A stretch of DNA of 64,000 bases. It comes from Moniliella sp. 'wahieum'. Its lineage: Eukaryota. Below the pieces are notes generated by a model. The model made no database searches. It was not told the DNA's origin and saw only the letters and a list, made by a program, of their open reading frames with translations. Shown piece after piece: positions 50,004-63,400 of this stretch; the stretch's first letter is position 1, and every line of letters starts with the position of its first letter. The translations under genes were made by a program, and so were the position numbers. The stretch lies in assembly GCA_003971905.1 (NCBI GenBank), contig RSEE01000096.1, positions 124,001-188,000 of the forward strand, in the 5' to 3' direction.

Positions 50004-51080
50004 TGACTTTTTGCCCCGGTGCTAGTTCTTGCTCGAGGAAAGGATTGGCGCCGTAATTAGAGCGCCACATATGGACCTTTGGACCTGAGGCGTGATGGTG
50101 GAGGATGAACCAGATATGATCTACTGCTCTATGGTGACCGTATACGATCTGTTGGAAGCGTAGAGCCGACATCAACGGCAAAAATGAGGGGATGTAAAGG
50201 TTATTTCTGAGATCTGACAGTGTCATCAGGAGCAAGTGGCGCAAACGTCGGGTCCAATCCAATCTGCTGCGTTGCCTCCTCGGGCCTCCCGGGTATTTTC
50301 ACAAGATAGAGTCACGACTGCGCCGATGGTCAATTGCGGGTAACAAAAGGTATTATTGCGGTAAGAGCACTATAAACGTCGGGAAAGGCCCGGGCGTGTG
50401 TGTGAGAGAGAGGGGTTTTTAGACGGACGTTGGGTTTTGGGCGTTGGTGTTATACATAGAACGGCAGCGCATGCGCCAGCGTGAAGCGTTGAGCCGGTGG
50501 GCCTGGCGGGCAGCCGCGCAGATTGGGGGCGAGGAGCTGGAGATGCGACTGGGCAGCACAGAAGACACACTCTCTGAGTAGCGCCGACTATTAATAGCCC
50601 TGTGGAAGTGAACGTCGAACGGTGACCGGTGTAGCAGCACATTTTATAGAGTGGTGTCCAGCGGCCGTCGGGGAGTCCCGACGTGGCCGCACATGGGCAG
50701 TGGCTAGTGGGGGTGGGGGGCCTGCGGAGACGGGGCCACGCTCGCTACGCGCGCGCGGCGCCTTCTGAGGGGAGACGATCGACCGTCACGCCACGCGTCA
50801 TCTGATCGGGTACATCAGCCGCAGCAGAGTGGTGGGGTAACGATGGGCGCACACGATATCTCCCGTGGGTTGTGCTTGCGTATACATACTCCCGTGTCCA
50901 GCGTGCGCTGGGCCCAAAAGCGGCTGTCAGACGCCTTTCGGCAAGCGCATCTGCCTCTCCGCCTCCTCCGCCCCCGCTCGGCTGGGCCAATCCGCAGCAC
51001 GTGGAGGCGCCTCTGCCCTGACCACCTCCCCCTGCGCCGCCGCCCCTCGGCCCCTATCTCACCATCCCCTTGCCCCTCCT

Positions 51081-54000
51081 ATGCCCTCCATCCCCTCCTC
51101 CCCGCCCACATCCACCGCCGACCCAGCCGCCCACAAGCCCTCGCTCAGCCGTCTGCGCCCCCCCGTCTCCGCTCGCCACCCTGCTCCGCGCCAGCTCCTT
51201 CGCCCGCGCCCCGACACCGACATCCCCCCCTGCCCCTGCCCAGGCTACTGCCGAGGCTCCTGCCCCTGCCGCCTTGGCCCTTGCGTCCATCACCGCAGCC
51301 CCCGGAACCCCGTGCGCCACTACCTCGCGCCCCCGCCCCCACACGCCCCCCCTGTCCGATTTGTCCATGCACAGCCCCAGCCCTCCCCTCCCCCATCCCT
51401 CGCCCACGCGCCATCCCACCACCACCTCCTCATCGTCCACTCCCGGCATCGAGCCTTCCAGCGAGGCCGCAGAGGAGGAGCAGCGCCTGCGATCGCTCGC
51501 AGCACAAACAGCGCAGACCAACACCCACAGCAGTACGCCGGCGAATCAGCCTCACGTGAGAAGGGGCAGTGCGCCTGCCGCTCGCCTGCTCCAGCAACAC
51601 GACGAGGTCAAATCCGACCCCGAAGGACGGCGTCCCCTCTTGCGGGTCAAGACGGACCCGCTTTCGTTTCTCAACCTGGTAGGCTACTCCTCCGAGCACA
51701 TCCCTAATTCCTCCCGCACTGTTCCGCATCGCAAGCCGGGTCCTCTCAAACGCTCTCCTTTGGCATCTTTCAACGTGGACGAAAGTCAAGCAACGGCCGA
51801 TAATACACCTGCCCCAACTCCCTCTCTACCGGCCCAGCCAAAGAGCGAAAAGCCTGCGCCTGCGCCTGCCAAGACCCTTCGCCCCTGGGCCAGCCGTATA
51901 CGAGCCGTTTCTTCAAGCATATTTCGATCCAGAAAAGGACCAGCCGTTCCGCCCCCCCAGCCGCGTGGGCCCACAGACAATCCAAGCCTGGACCAACCGA
52001 AGAACAAGGTGGTCCCTGACAATGCACCTGGACACCAGTGACCACCGCACCCTCCCGTCGGTCTTCCGCCTCGTTTCGCTCCGTATTGCGCCGGCCCAGG
52101 TTGGGCTCTTTTGGGTCGTCGCATGGTTTCCAGCATCGTGTCAGTGGAGAGCAAGCGGGTGTTTCTCTTGGTGCGTCAGCAAGGTGGGAAGAGGCAATTC
52201 AAGGTACACCCCCTACCGAGGATGGGTCAGACCAACAAGAGTTGCTTGTCAACTCTCCCTCTTCCCCTGCACCCCCAGTGACACCGGGTAGGTTACCTAG
52301 GAGCGCGTCCATCCCCCTCCTCTGGTCCAGATCAAAAGATCCACCGTCGGACCGTACCCGCATGGCTTCCACTTCGCTGCAGTCACTCAATCCGCAAGAA
52401 TTTTCACCCCTCGAGTCACCGTCGCGTAAGCCACTGCGACAAGCGGACCATCCTCCCCCAACATCTCGACCATCCTCGTTTATGCGTCGCATCTTCTCCT
52501 TGGAATCGATAAAGGCAGGAGCGGTTGGACCCAAGCAACAAACGGGAGAACCGAAGAAGCAGGCGCCTTCCCCTTCCGGTGGCTTGCTTGATGTGCCAGA
52601 GAAAACTTCTGGGGCTACACCCTTCCACGCGCCTACGCACCTTGTCCAACCTCACCTTCGGGGGTCGGAAACGGTTCAAAAAGCCAGGCAAGGTAGACAC
52701 CACGAAGGGCAGTGACATGGCCACCATCGGGACCAAGTTTGCCACCGTTTCGGGCCGTCTCACCACCCCATCTTCCGAAGTGAGCGGTATGCAGCCAGGG
52801 TCATTGTCTACGACGTTCATGGACGAAAGGGACCGAATCGACCCATTCCGTTCTTCTGTAGGTCCGTCGAACCAGGAACCCCAGCTCCAGTCCCGACGGA
52901 TGGAAAATGCTACACCACCTCTAACCTCGTCGGTTGTGGGGCGAACGAGGTCCCCCGTGCCCAAGACCTCCTCACCCGATCTTTCACGCCCCTCTTCCGA
53001 CAATCGCAGGGACCATCGGTTCGTGCTGTTCCGAGTGGACGTAATAAGTTGCCTCCGCGGTCCCATAAGTCTACGAGCGGGAGGAGGGGAGGAGGCGCAC
53101 TCTCCCCACCACCTAATATTCCTCTCCCACCTCTGCCAAACGAAGCGTCAAGCATTCACGCTTCCCCTCTTCGGTTGCCTGCCCGTGTTGATGCTGGTGG
53201 GGGCGAAGAAACGCATGCCAATCAAGCCGGACCTTTGGTGGGCAGCCCGTCCAACTCCCCTTCCACACCGCTCTCTTCTCAACACCCCCCTGACGCACCA
53301 AGACTTGGCTCGCCACTGTCGCTTGTCGTCCCTTGTCGCAGATTGGACACCGGTACTGAGGCTCTGCCCCCTTCTCCGATCAGGGCTAGTTTCCAATCTG
53401 ACTCGAGAACATCTACTCCCACCCAAGGCTCCACCACCCCAACCATGCAATCTTTCACACACCGCCAAGCCGGTGGGGCTGGCTCGCCTCCCGGTGGCCG
53501 TAGAGGCGAACGGTTCGGAGATGGGGAGTTTATGAGAGTAAGCCCCTCCTCTCGGCCCCCTTCGCTGGCAAGTCATCCTCCTTCTTCCATGGCGACCGCC
53601 GATCGGGATCGGGCTTCGTCCAAGCGGACCAGCACACCCATAAGCACAGCTCGAACCAGTTTGACCAATACAAGCACCCGGCGGACCAGCGCCGCGACGC
53701 TCAGCTGGACCTCCGGTAGCTTCACTTCTTGCCCCACGCCGAGCACTGCGTCCACCACCCCCGTCTCGTCGGGGGAGTCCCCACCGGCAGCACTACCACC
53801 ACCAGCGGTACCTCCCAGTCGTACCAACATGTGATGAGGAAGCCTACCCTCACCCCTGTGCCGATGAGTTTGCCACCTTCCTCCCCCTAGTAGTGAGCAA
53901 GGTGCAGAGGAGGTCCCGGCGCTACCCATCTCGCCGCCCGTTGCTCAAACCAACCCGACCCAACCTGCTCATTCTAATGCGCAAGAAGAGGAAGCGGCTG

Positions 54001-54653
54001 CAGACTTGCTTCTGGATGATAGTGGGGGATACATGTTCCCGCTTCCGCCCACTTCGTCTCCTAAGCCCCCTTCGACAGCCCGTGTTCCGCCCCCGCGTCC
54101 GCCCCCCGCGCCCCGGCTTGACGTTGACCCTGACACAGGGGAGCAACTGAAAGCGACGCCTTCGTCTCCCATTTTGGTAAGCACTCCTAGCCCGTTCGAG
54201 TCGGGTAAGGAATAGGATCCTGCACCCTGCGCAGCGCCGATCATGGTCCGGCCGGAGACAGGAGATGTGCAACACACCAAAGCGGCACAAGCGAGTTGTG
54301 TGGATGGGCAACCTTCTCCACACTTGGAGCGGGACGAGGTTCCACCTTTTTGTGATCCGCGCGGGGGAGGGGGGATCCCGTTCCCCCTATCTGGGGAAGA
54401 GACTGTGGTTGAGCCAAAAAGTGTTGCATCGGCTACCCAATCGACTACCAGCCCGCGCGGGATCAAGTTCAGCTCGACCAGTACCAGTACGAGCAGTACG
54501 AGTACCAGCACCACGACTACGACTACGACCAGTAGTACGCGTACCATCTTGCCCGGGTCCAATCGGCCGTTCGTGCCGTACCGAACAGCGAGCTTAGTGG
54601 ACGAGGTGCACGAGGGACCACCGTCGCCCCCCCGCTCGACCCAGTATAACTAG
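51081..54653 (+). CDS. Hypothetical Ser/Pro-rich disordered protein
   Basis: Series of long + ORFs in shifting frames (LRVKTDPLSFLNLVGYS; SFMRRIFSLES; LDDSGGYMFPLPP); no domain recognised; end uncertain. Confidence 0.4.
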
Positions 54654-55472
54654 TGACCTTTCTTTTTCGTCGTGCTCTCGTGGCATGTGATATGTGACAA
54701 TGGTGTGGGGGGGAAAAATTGAATCGCAAGGGCGCACCTCCTGGAACCTCGCTCGCTCTTTCTCTCAGCATGGGGGGCTACCATCTTTCTCGGCTGGCGC
54801 TCGTGCTCGTGCCCGTGCTCGTGCTCGTGCCCGTGCCCATGGCCATCGTATACTCTATGCATCATACTTGGGCCTTGGGGCGAGGACACCGCCAACCCCA
54901 CAGCCTCATATCACGTTATATGTTACCAGCCAAACTATGTATTAAGTCTTGCTCCTGGCTCACTAGTCACTCGCCACTCGTCACTCGCACTAGTCGCTAG
55001 TCGCTCCGGCCCTCGTGAATGCTATCAGCGCCATATAGTCTTCGTCCTGTACTGTCTTGCATATCTCACCGCGACGCGCGGCGCACTCGACTTCTCGCTT
55101 CTGCTTGGAACCGATGTGAGTACTGAGTTGTACTAGTAGTCCACATGACACGTGTGGTACGACGTGCTAGGCGATAACGATCGAGAGTGCGACGGACCAA
55201 CGCGGGGGAGAAGGTAGACGCCACCCTAAGTTCCTGGAATGGCCTAAGCGGTATATACTGGCATTGCATTTGCATTCCCAATGGCGCTCAGAGAGCCCAA
55301 AAGTGCACGGTGGGCGTTGATCCTGATTGACTAGATCACCTGTATCTAATGTCAGCTGCCGCGCCTGATCCGTACTCTCCCACGCCGTTGCTGCGTCGCG
55401 GTCACCCCGGGCTGGCTGCCTCGGTCGATGAGGAAATTGCACTATATGTTTCCTAAGATCTCAGATCTCAGC

Positions 55473-55608
55473 CCCTTCCGGAAGCATTTTTGAGCATCTC
55501 CGAAACGTACATTCTCGTCCAGAAGGCTGGGGAAGGGACCCCCCGCGTCTCAGCTGGTTACCACTACTTTGGAAACGCTAAACGCGTCAAGAGCTTGATC
55601 CCCTCCTC
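55473..55608 (+). repeat. ~135-bp repeat unit, inverted relative to the copies at 57379-57836
   Basis: CCCTTCCG..GCATTT..GAGCA...CGTAC..TCT.GTCCA.AAGGCTGGG...TCTCA.CTGG.TAC...CGCGTCAA.AG.TTGA.CCC aligns by eye to the reverse complement of 57379-57514. Confidence 0.75.
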
Positions 55609-57378
55609 GCCTCCCCCGCGATTGGAGGCGTCGCTGTGTTACGTAGCTTCGCTTCTCCCTCGCCCAGCCCGCGTAGCCCCTCGTTGCTCGTCCCTCTCCC
55701 TCACAACTAGCCTGACTCGTCTCGGATCCTCCTCCTATCCAATCCAATCCAGTTCAGTCCAGTCTTGTGCTGTCTGGTCATGCGTGTCAGTTGTACGTAT
55801 ACGTATACATGCAATCCTTGCAACTCTTCTGGACTTTCGGATACACATTGGTGTTGGAAACTCAAGACCAGGAAACGACTGCACTGAAAGCTGAATGAGA
55901 GGGTCGCATAGCACCACGTTTCGCCGATTGAGGAGAACCAAGGGGGTGGGGGATCAAAGCCATTGGAGCCTCAGCAGATAATATGGTCGCCGTTGGTAAA
56001 GCAGTGGCCGCCGACGCGCGGGAGGGGCGCGGCACGCGGCGCTCCAGGCGTGGCGGCTGGCACCGCCATGGCTACGAGACAGACAAAGTAGAAGGCGAGA
56101 ACGAGGTGGGAACCGAGAGGCACAAGGTGAGCGAGAGGATGAGGCTAGGAGGGAGGGAGGAGGGAGGCGAGAACAACGTACCTCGACTGAGCGCCACGGG
56201 CGCGGTGAGCCCGAGCAGGAGCAGCAGGAGCATGGTGGACTTGGCGGAGGGCATCGAAGGTAGGTGGTGGGCGATGGAATGAGAGGAGAGGAAGTGCTGA
56301 TGGCGGTTGGCCCCTCCGTAACCACCTATCTCCGATAATCGATCAGTACTAAGTCTCCTGAGGCCTGGGGCTCCAGCAGGCTGAGGTCTGCGCGCTTGGA
56401 CAGGCCTAGTGGCCCAGGTCTCAAGCCTCACAATAAGCCCTGGAACCCATGACTCAAGCCCCATGTCGCAGAGCTGGTTCATGATTAAGATTGCATCTTG
56501 AACATTGAAGCTGAAGCTGAGGGGTGACCGGTGACCGGTGACCGGTGACGCCACAGCCTTGAAACGAGAAGCCTAAGGCCTAAACAAGGATCTTCGTATC
56601 ACCTCTTCTCTCAATTACGATGCTCCGTCTCCGAGCGGTCGTACTAACCACGAGCGACACCGTCCAGGATAATGGCGAGCAACGCACACCATTGATCATT
56701 AACATTAATCATTGCTGAAGATGGAGGCGGTCGGGGGCGGCTGTCTGAAAACACGCCCGCCATATGTCTCTTCTTTTAACCCCCGCACATTTTTTTGCTC
56801 TCTGGACTCTCCCGGTCGGTTGCCTCTGCACCGTCACGGCACAATCACGACTCTCTGCTCTCCTTCCACCAAGAGGCCTGGGACCCCAGTAGCCAAGGGA
56901 CCCACCCATACCGGATGGGGCAAGGGCTTGATGCCGAGGAGCATAACTTTAGCGGGCTCAGTGAGACAGGCATCTGACACCGGGGGCACTGGCCGAGTAA
57001 GACTGCAGTCGAGCCGGACTGCCGCCAGGTGCCCTCGATCAGACAGTGAGCTGGTCCCTGCCTCGTCCCGGTTAGGTAGTCATTCAAGTCATTCTGGAGG
57101 CGAGCCGTATTGCTGCCTTGTGCCCTCGGGCTAAGAGTCAACTGGTCCCAGCCTGACCCGTTTGGTTACTCAGTACTCACTCTTTACCCGAGCCGCACTG
57201 CCGCCTGGAGCACTGGCCGAGCCAGAGCGGAGCCGAGGTGGACTGCTCTTATGTGCCCTCAATCAGACACTGAACTGGTCCCAAGTTCGCCCGCCTAGGC
57301 AGTGTGTGGATAAGCGCTAAGCCTTGGCTGCCGCCAGGTGCTCTTGATCCGAGACAGAAGTGGACCCTAGTAGCTAAA

Positions 57379-57836
57379 GGGGAAGGGGTCAAACTGTTGA
57401 CGCGGTTCGAAATAGTTGTTGTACCCAGGTGAGATGCGACTGAGGGCTCCTCTCTCCCAGCCTTTTGGACAAGACCGTACGCTTATACGCTGCTCGCAAA
57501 TGCCGACGGAAGGGAATGAACTGCAAAATGAGCCCCGATGGCGGGGAAGGGCGATCAAACTCGTGCCACGTTTCGACATATAGTTGTCGAAATTGGCTTT
57601 GAAGCGGGAGATCGCCTCGCCTAGCCTTCAGAACGCAATCGCACATTTCGGCTGCTCCAAAATGCTTCCGGATGAGTTGGAACCACACACGGGGCACGGG
57701 TAGCGGGGAATGGGGTCAAACTCTCATACACTTGACGCTTTGTGAGTTTTTGTAAGCGGCTGAGTCGCGGGGGATCGCCTCATCTCCTAACCTTTAAGAT
57801 ACGAATGCATTCTTAGGCTGCTCAAAAATGCCGCCG
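57379..57836 (-). repeat. Three diverged tandem copies (period ~163 bp) of the same unit
   Basis: GGGGAA..GG.TCAAAC recurs at 57379, 57543 and 57705; GCTGCTC..AAATGC recurs at ~57489, ~57651 and ~57817. Confidence 0.75.
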
Positions 57837-60421
57837 GCTATGGGCACGGACCTGCATCGGCCTTCGTGGGCCTGCATCGGCCCTCCGATCTGGAACCTCA
57901 GATTCACAGTGGCAATAATGCCGGCGGCATAGGTTGATCTCGAATATATCTCGTACGGGGGCTGCGGCGGACCCGAGATGGTCCGATCCAAGCTATGCCC
58001 CGCCTGCTCCGCACATGCCCTGTAGAGCGTGCTCCGCAGGCCAACCAAGTGTGATGCATGAGGAAGCTTGAAGATGGTTGGCTAAATTAGGTACCGTGGC
58101 CCGAAGAGCCACGCATCCGCGCGAAGACAATAGACCCCCCCGCCCAAGTCCAAGTCGGTTGACCTCAATAAGGCCACCGCGCTTCCACAGTGCCGTTGCG
58201 ACTGTCGCCCCGTCCCCATTTCCTTGTCCTTTCTCTGTCGCCCCGTCCCCGTTTCCTGTTCCTTTCTTGGTCGCGCCTGCGGCGACCAACCACCCTTTTG
58301 ACGTGTCTTCCCTTCTACACCCCCTCTTGTATCCGTTTTCCCTTTCTTTTGATCTTTCCTGTACCCCTGGTTGATGGGGGTACTTTCCCCCACATTCCAA
58401 TCTCGTGATCCTCCGTCTACCCTCTCGCCCACCCTGTCCGACTCATTCCAGCCAATTGATCCAGTACAGGCAGTCTCCTCTTTGTTAGCTCCCGACTCCT
58501 CTTCCGATCTCGGCTTCGAGCGCTCTATCAGTCCAGTCCGCGAGCCCTCGTTCGGCCGCGCCGATTTCCAGCTTCTATCCCGTCGCAGTTAAGGCAATGT
58601 TTGACCGCCGCTGCCTCCTCCCGTCCCTAAGTCCCGGAGGCTTCAGACACGTTACTACGCCCAAGCCGGTGCAGACGCAGTCTTGCCACAAGTACAGGGC
58701 GCCCCACCGAAGGCCCTCCTCGTCCTTAGCTCCGCTCAGATCCACCAACTAGCCCAACTAAGCCCGAAACTACCGTGAGTCAACCTACCGTCTCCTAAGA
58801 GGTCGTACCCCAAAAACCACGGGCGAGCCCCTGGCGGGGCCGGCCCCGTGAAAATATCGATGCTCGGCGATGCGATCATGATCTCATACCAGCATAATAG
58901 AAACGTTGTTCTGAGAAGCACCACCGTGTGGCTCATCCCACCGGATGAGGTCGGTATTGAGACGTTGGGGTGCGTTGGAGCTGGCGTTGGACCTTTTGGA
59001 CGATATTTTACGTTTACTAGTTGACCGCTGTCATCAGTGTGCAATAGCGAAGTCCCAGTCGCATCGAGGAGGCTGATCACATTGTGCTGATCACATCAGT
59101 CACTAGTCTAGTCACAGCAGCCACAGCAACAGAGATCTGAGACCAGAAAGCTGAGACGAGTCGATGAGCGCTCAGCCTGAGCGCTGAGGCTGAGCGCTGT
59201 CCTCATAGTTGCAGCGTTGAGATTAGCTCTGAGGGACTGACATTTGCGGTCTGCGGTCTCTATGTGGTCAATAAGGTCTGAGGCACAATGATCGATGAGC
59301 CACCAGAAGGCGGATGAGTGTGTCTATCAGGGCTGTGAGATCTGAGAGAATACTGGGCAATGCAATGCACGGGATAACAGTAGGGGCATGGGTATCGTGA
59401 CTGTTGTTTGTGTATGAATGGGCTGTGTTCATTTCGATGTCCACCGCAGTAAAGCTACAAATATTTCCAACAGCGGCTGCGGGAGGGTTGAACGTTAAGC
59501 GGCTGAGCGCTGAGCGACTGAGCCTCAACTCTCTGACAACGCTGAGTCACCGATCACCGTTCACGAAGAGGATCCACATGGGACATGTAAGCCGCCTAAG
59601 CAGTAATACGAAAAGCTGTGAGGCTTACTGCCGCCGGTGTGGGACAATCTTCTAATAGTCGGTACCAAAAAAACGCCCCCCCACATTCGCCAGCTGGAGG
59701 ATAATAAGATCGAAATAAGAAGGCTTATGAAACCCTTTCGAAGTATATGTGGACTTAGCACGTAGCTTAGCGTTACCTCCATCACTCGCATCACGCCTCC
59801 CCGACCAACCGCGTGAACAGAACAGCTCGCCAGCGCATCATCTGACCACCCCTTTGTCACCACCACCACCATCACCCCCGCTGCGCCCGCCTATCTGCCA
59901 TCAACTCCGCCGCCATCCCTTTTCTGCCGCTTCTGCAGACTCGCGTCTTCATCCTCCCTCTCCGTGGGCCCTTCTTTCCTTTCCACACCCTTCCCTCGCA
60001 CCATCCCTGTCTCACAGCGCCTTTGAATCCTTTGTCTGTCTGCTGTGTGCGCAAAAGCCCGCATTCTACTTTTTCATGCGGGACTGCCAACCTATATAAC
60101 AAGCGCGTCGGCCCCTGATCAGTGCCTCGGGAACCCTCGGGCCCGAGAGTCATGCCGAACTAAAGAAACACATGAGCGGTTGGACTCTTCCCGTGGGTAT
60201 CTACATCTCGGGACCCAATGGGGAGAGCATCATCTTCAGAGGCTATGTTCTGCCTTGGATCGCCAAATGGCAATCAAGAACGCAGCACATTTTCAACACC
60301 CTTGCTGCGAGCCCTGCGTCCTTGGCATAACAAATCCGCTTCAACCAACACCTCACCCAAGCCACACGAGGACCGGCCCCACACTGGTCTCTCTCGCATA
60401 TCACACCATCGACCTCGAGTC

Positions 60422-63400
60422 ATGATGACAAATGGCAATTCAACGCCCGCCCCCTTCGAACATCATTGTACAATTTCTTCTCATCCAAGAAACGTTCTCA
60501 GTCCAAGGGAAGAACCCATCCCTCGCCTACCAAGATAAGCCCTCCTTCCGAAGGCAAATATTATCCGGGGAATCTTTTGCCCGTATCGGGTGCCAGCACT
60601 GGTTCGCCGGCTACTACCTCTTCGGGCGTCCCTCCTCTTATCCTACCACCGAAGAGTCGACCAGCCTCTTCCTCCCTTGTTCCACGAGTCCCACCGTTTC
60701 CCATGTACGTTCAACCGACTCGGACGGAGAAAGCGCTGAGCGTTACAGCTCCCAAGCCGCGCTACTCTCCACTCCTGTCTGCGACAGCAGACCGGAAGTA
60801 AGGGAGGGCGCGATTCATCCATCTTACCTGTTGCCCCCGATTCTGCCATGGTTGAGTCTTCCCGATCGAACCTCGCCGGACACTGGGTCGCATATCAACC
60901 TGTCTTCCCTCAGTTTGTCATCCTCATTGGAGTCCCTTGCGCAAAACCCCACAGGGTACATGTCGCAACATGATGAGTACTCTGGTGTGCGTGAGGATAG
61001 ACTGTACCCACCACTGTCCATCCCACCTCCACTTGGAATTGTTTCCCCGTCACGGCCAAGGGAGACGATGGATGCGAAACGGAATCCCCTGTGGCTGGTC
61101 CGAGCAGACGCATTGTAAGCAGTTACAGTAAAGCGAAAGCACTCACTTCATCAGCGGAAACGTCTGTTAGTATTCAGCATAACACGTCTACTGCCACCGT
61201 ACCGGCTCATCCGCAAGCGACGGCTAAGAATGTCCCAAGTGGCGCATATAAAGGGCTCCTCTCTTTCTGCGGTGAGACCAGTACTTGATTCTGGCTGCGA
61301 AAATGTTCCGTTACTCTCGTCTGATACTACGACAGAAGTGCGTAAGAGAGAGAAGTACAACGGCGACGTCGTTCCATCTTCCGCGCCGCGCCGACGTGTG
61401 TTGGGTCCACGAGTAAGCCCTGCACCTTTGGGGGGGGTTCCGGCAACGGAGGAAATTGGATCTTCACCTCAACTACCCTCATTGCTAGACAAGTTGCGTT
61501 TCAACAAGATGACCGAAGAAGCGGTGGTCGGAGCTCCTTCATTCTCCACTCCGGAGCGCGCTCAATTGATAAAGAAACCAGCCCTTTCGATCGACCCCCT
61601 CTCTATGCCCAGCCAGAAAAATGCACTTCCAGCCAAGGCGTGGAATACTTTTGAGATGGCCTTGTTCAAATTTCGTACGACTGCAAATCAGCACAATGTG
61701 TTGGATCGTGGCAAGCTTCTGCGTCTGGTGATTCAACCTTTTTTGACGATGGAACAAGTCCACCCCTTGGTTCGCTCTGACGCACCCCTGACACTGGGCA
61801 CGTGCACGTATTGGCCAGACCCAACGTCTGAACGGTTTTCTTCGGCGTCAGCCCGTCGAGCATTGCTGTTTGAATGGATCAAAGAGCTGTTAGGGGCGAT
61901 CAAAACAGCCAAAAACTCCTCTGATCGCCATGCCATCTTAGACACCTTGGCTATGCTACTCGAGACGAGAAATTTGAGCGCCCCCATGTTGGATTCACAC
62001 GCGACGCACGATACGGAAAGGGAAACGTACAATGACATGATCCACAAGTGCCTCTTTTTTGCCATCGGCGATCTCAACAACAAAGGTCTACCAGAACAAT
62101 CTCTCATCTTTGCTGGTCGCCTCTTGGCCCTGTGCTTTTTCCGCATCCTGGTGTGGGAGGAAAGCTGCTAGCAGCTCTGCCGATCAAAAACCTACGCTTG
62201 AGCTCGTTGCCAGGGAGGCCCGATGGAACGAGATGGTTCCCGTCAAAGGGGGTTGGGACTCGTACCTGGCATGTTTTCCTGACCATCTACAAGGGCTATG
62301 TTGCCGTGATCCCAGATCCTACCTCGAAGCGCTGACCTCCTACAAGTGTCCCGATGCTCAATTTTCGACTTCCAACACGTCAACTTACCTAGTCGAACAC
62401 AAAGGCGAACAAATCAAGATGGGCGGATACTGGCTTCGTCGCTGGCAAAGCGACGATTCTGAGGTGGTCTTTTCCTTCTACACTAACTTCCACCGTAATT
62501 TGGACCATCTTATCCATGTCAGTCTTCCACCCCATGCCCACCACCTCTTCTTTGGAGCACCAGGCTACGCCCGTTGCTGGTTTGATCCAGAGCAAGTGTT
62601 TATCTTTGGTGCATCGTTCCCTCAAGTCAATCACAGCCCAGTACCGGTCCGCTCCCTTGTACGTCTCTCACCTTCTCCTTCTCCTCCCGCATCCATCTTG
62701 TTGAAGCACATGTCTATAACTCTGTTTGTCACTGTTACCGTCCAAACAGTTCTCCCGGAGTGGGCGCCAACGTTCTACTGGACAGCCTAACGGACAAACC
62801 CGCCGAGCTCCATACAGCCACGGTGCATTGCACTTCGGCCGTGGTAAACTGTGCTACTTACGGGAGGTGTTTGCCCTACATCGCCCCCCTTATTTGCACT
62901 AGTATCCAGGTGCATCTAGTCTGTCTTATCAAGCGCACCTCTCTCTATGATGTGCAAGGTATCTTCTGCATGTGGGACTGGGTCGATATGTTGTTGGAAC
63001 GGATGGAAGAAGCAGGTCTGGAGATTGCTCAAGTCATTGACCTTGAGTTCCTGGTGGACGTTGTGCATAAGATCTTGTCGGAAGCAGACCACACGATCGC
63101 ATTGATGCGGACGATTGCGTTTTGCTACTCTCACTTTGGTCTTCTCACGTCAAGTGTGGCACTTCGTCGGGCATTGGTAGAGGACACCTTGCTCAACTCG
63201 GAGATCTTTGTCAAACTCTTTCTCTCTTGGTCCTTCAGCCTGCGCATGTACTTTTTCAACACCCTTGTTTTCCGTCTCGGCCACCTCTCCGACTTTTCAG
63301 CCCCACCAGAGGACGAGAACAATGAGTCGGCGCACCGGATTGCCAACCTGTTCAGCAGCGTCTTGGCCGTGTTCGAAGCGAGTACTCCCGCTTCCTGTCC

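Noticed and set aside
49966..50262. 98-aa - strand ORF
   Set aside because: It overlaps the tRNA-Met gene antisense and has no recognisable motif.
1032..54653. Reassigned UAG codon (alternative genetic code)
   Set aside because: TAG acts as the normal stop for the lectin (2164) and HOT (29429) genes.
56986..57836. CRISPR-like array
   Set aside because: The units are long and diverged with no constant repeat/unique spacer pattern, there are no cas genes, and the context is eukaryotic.
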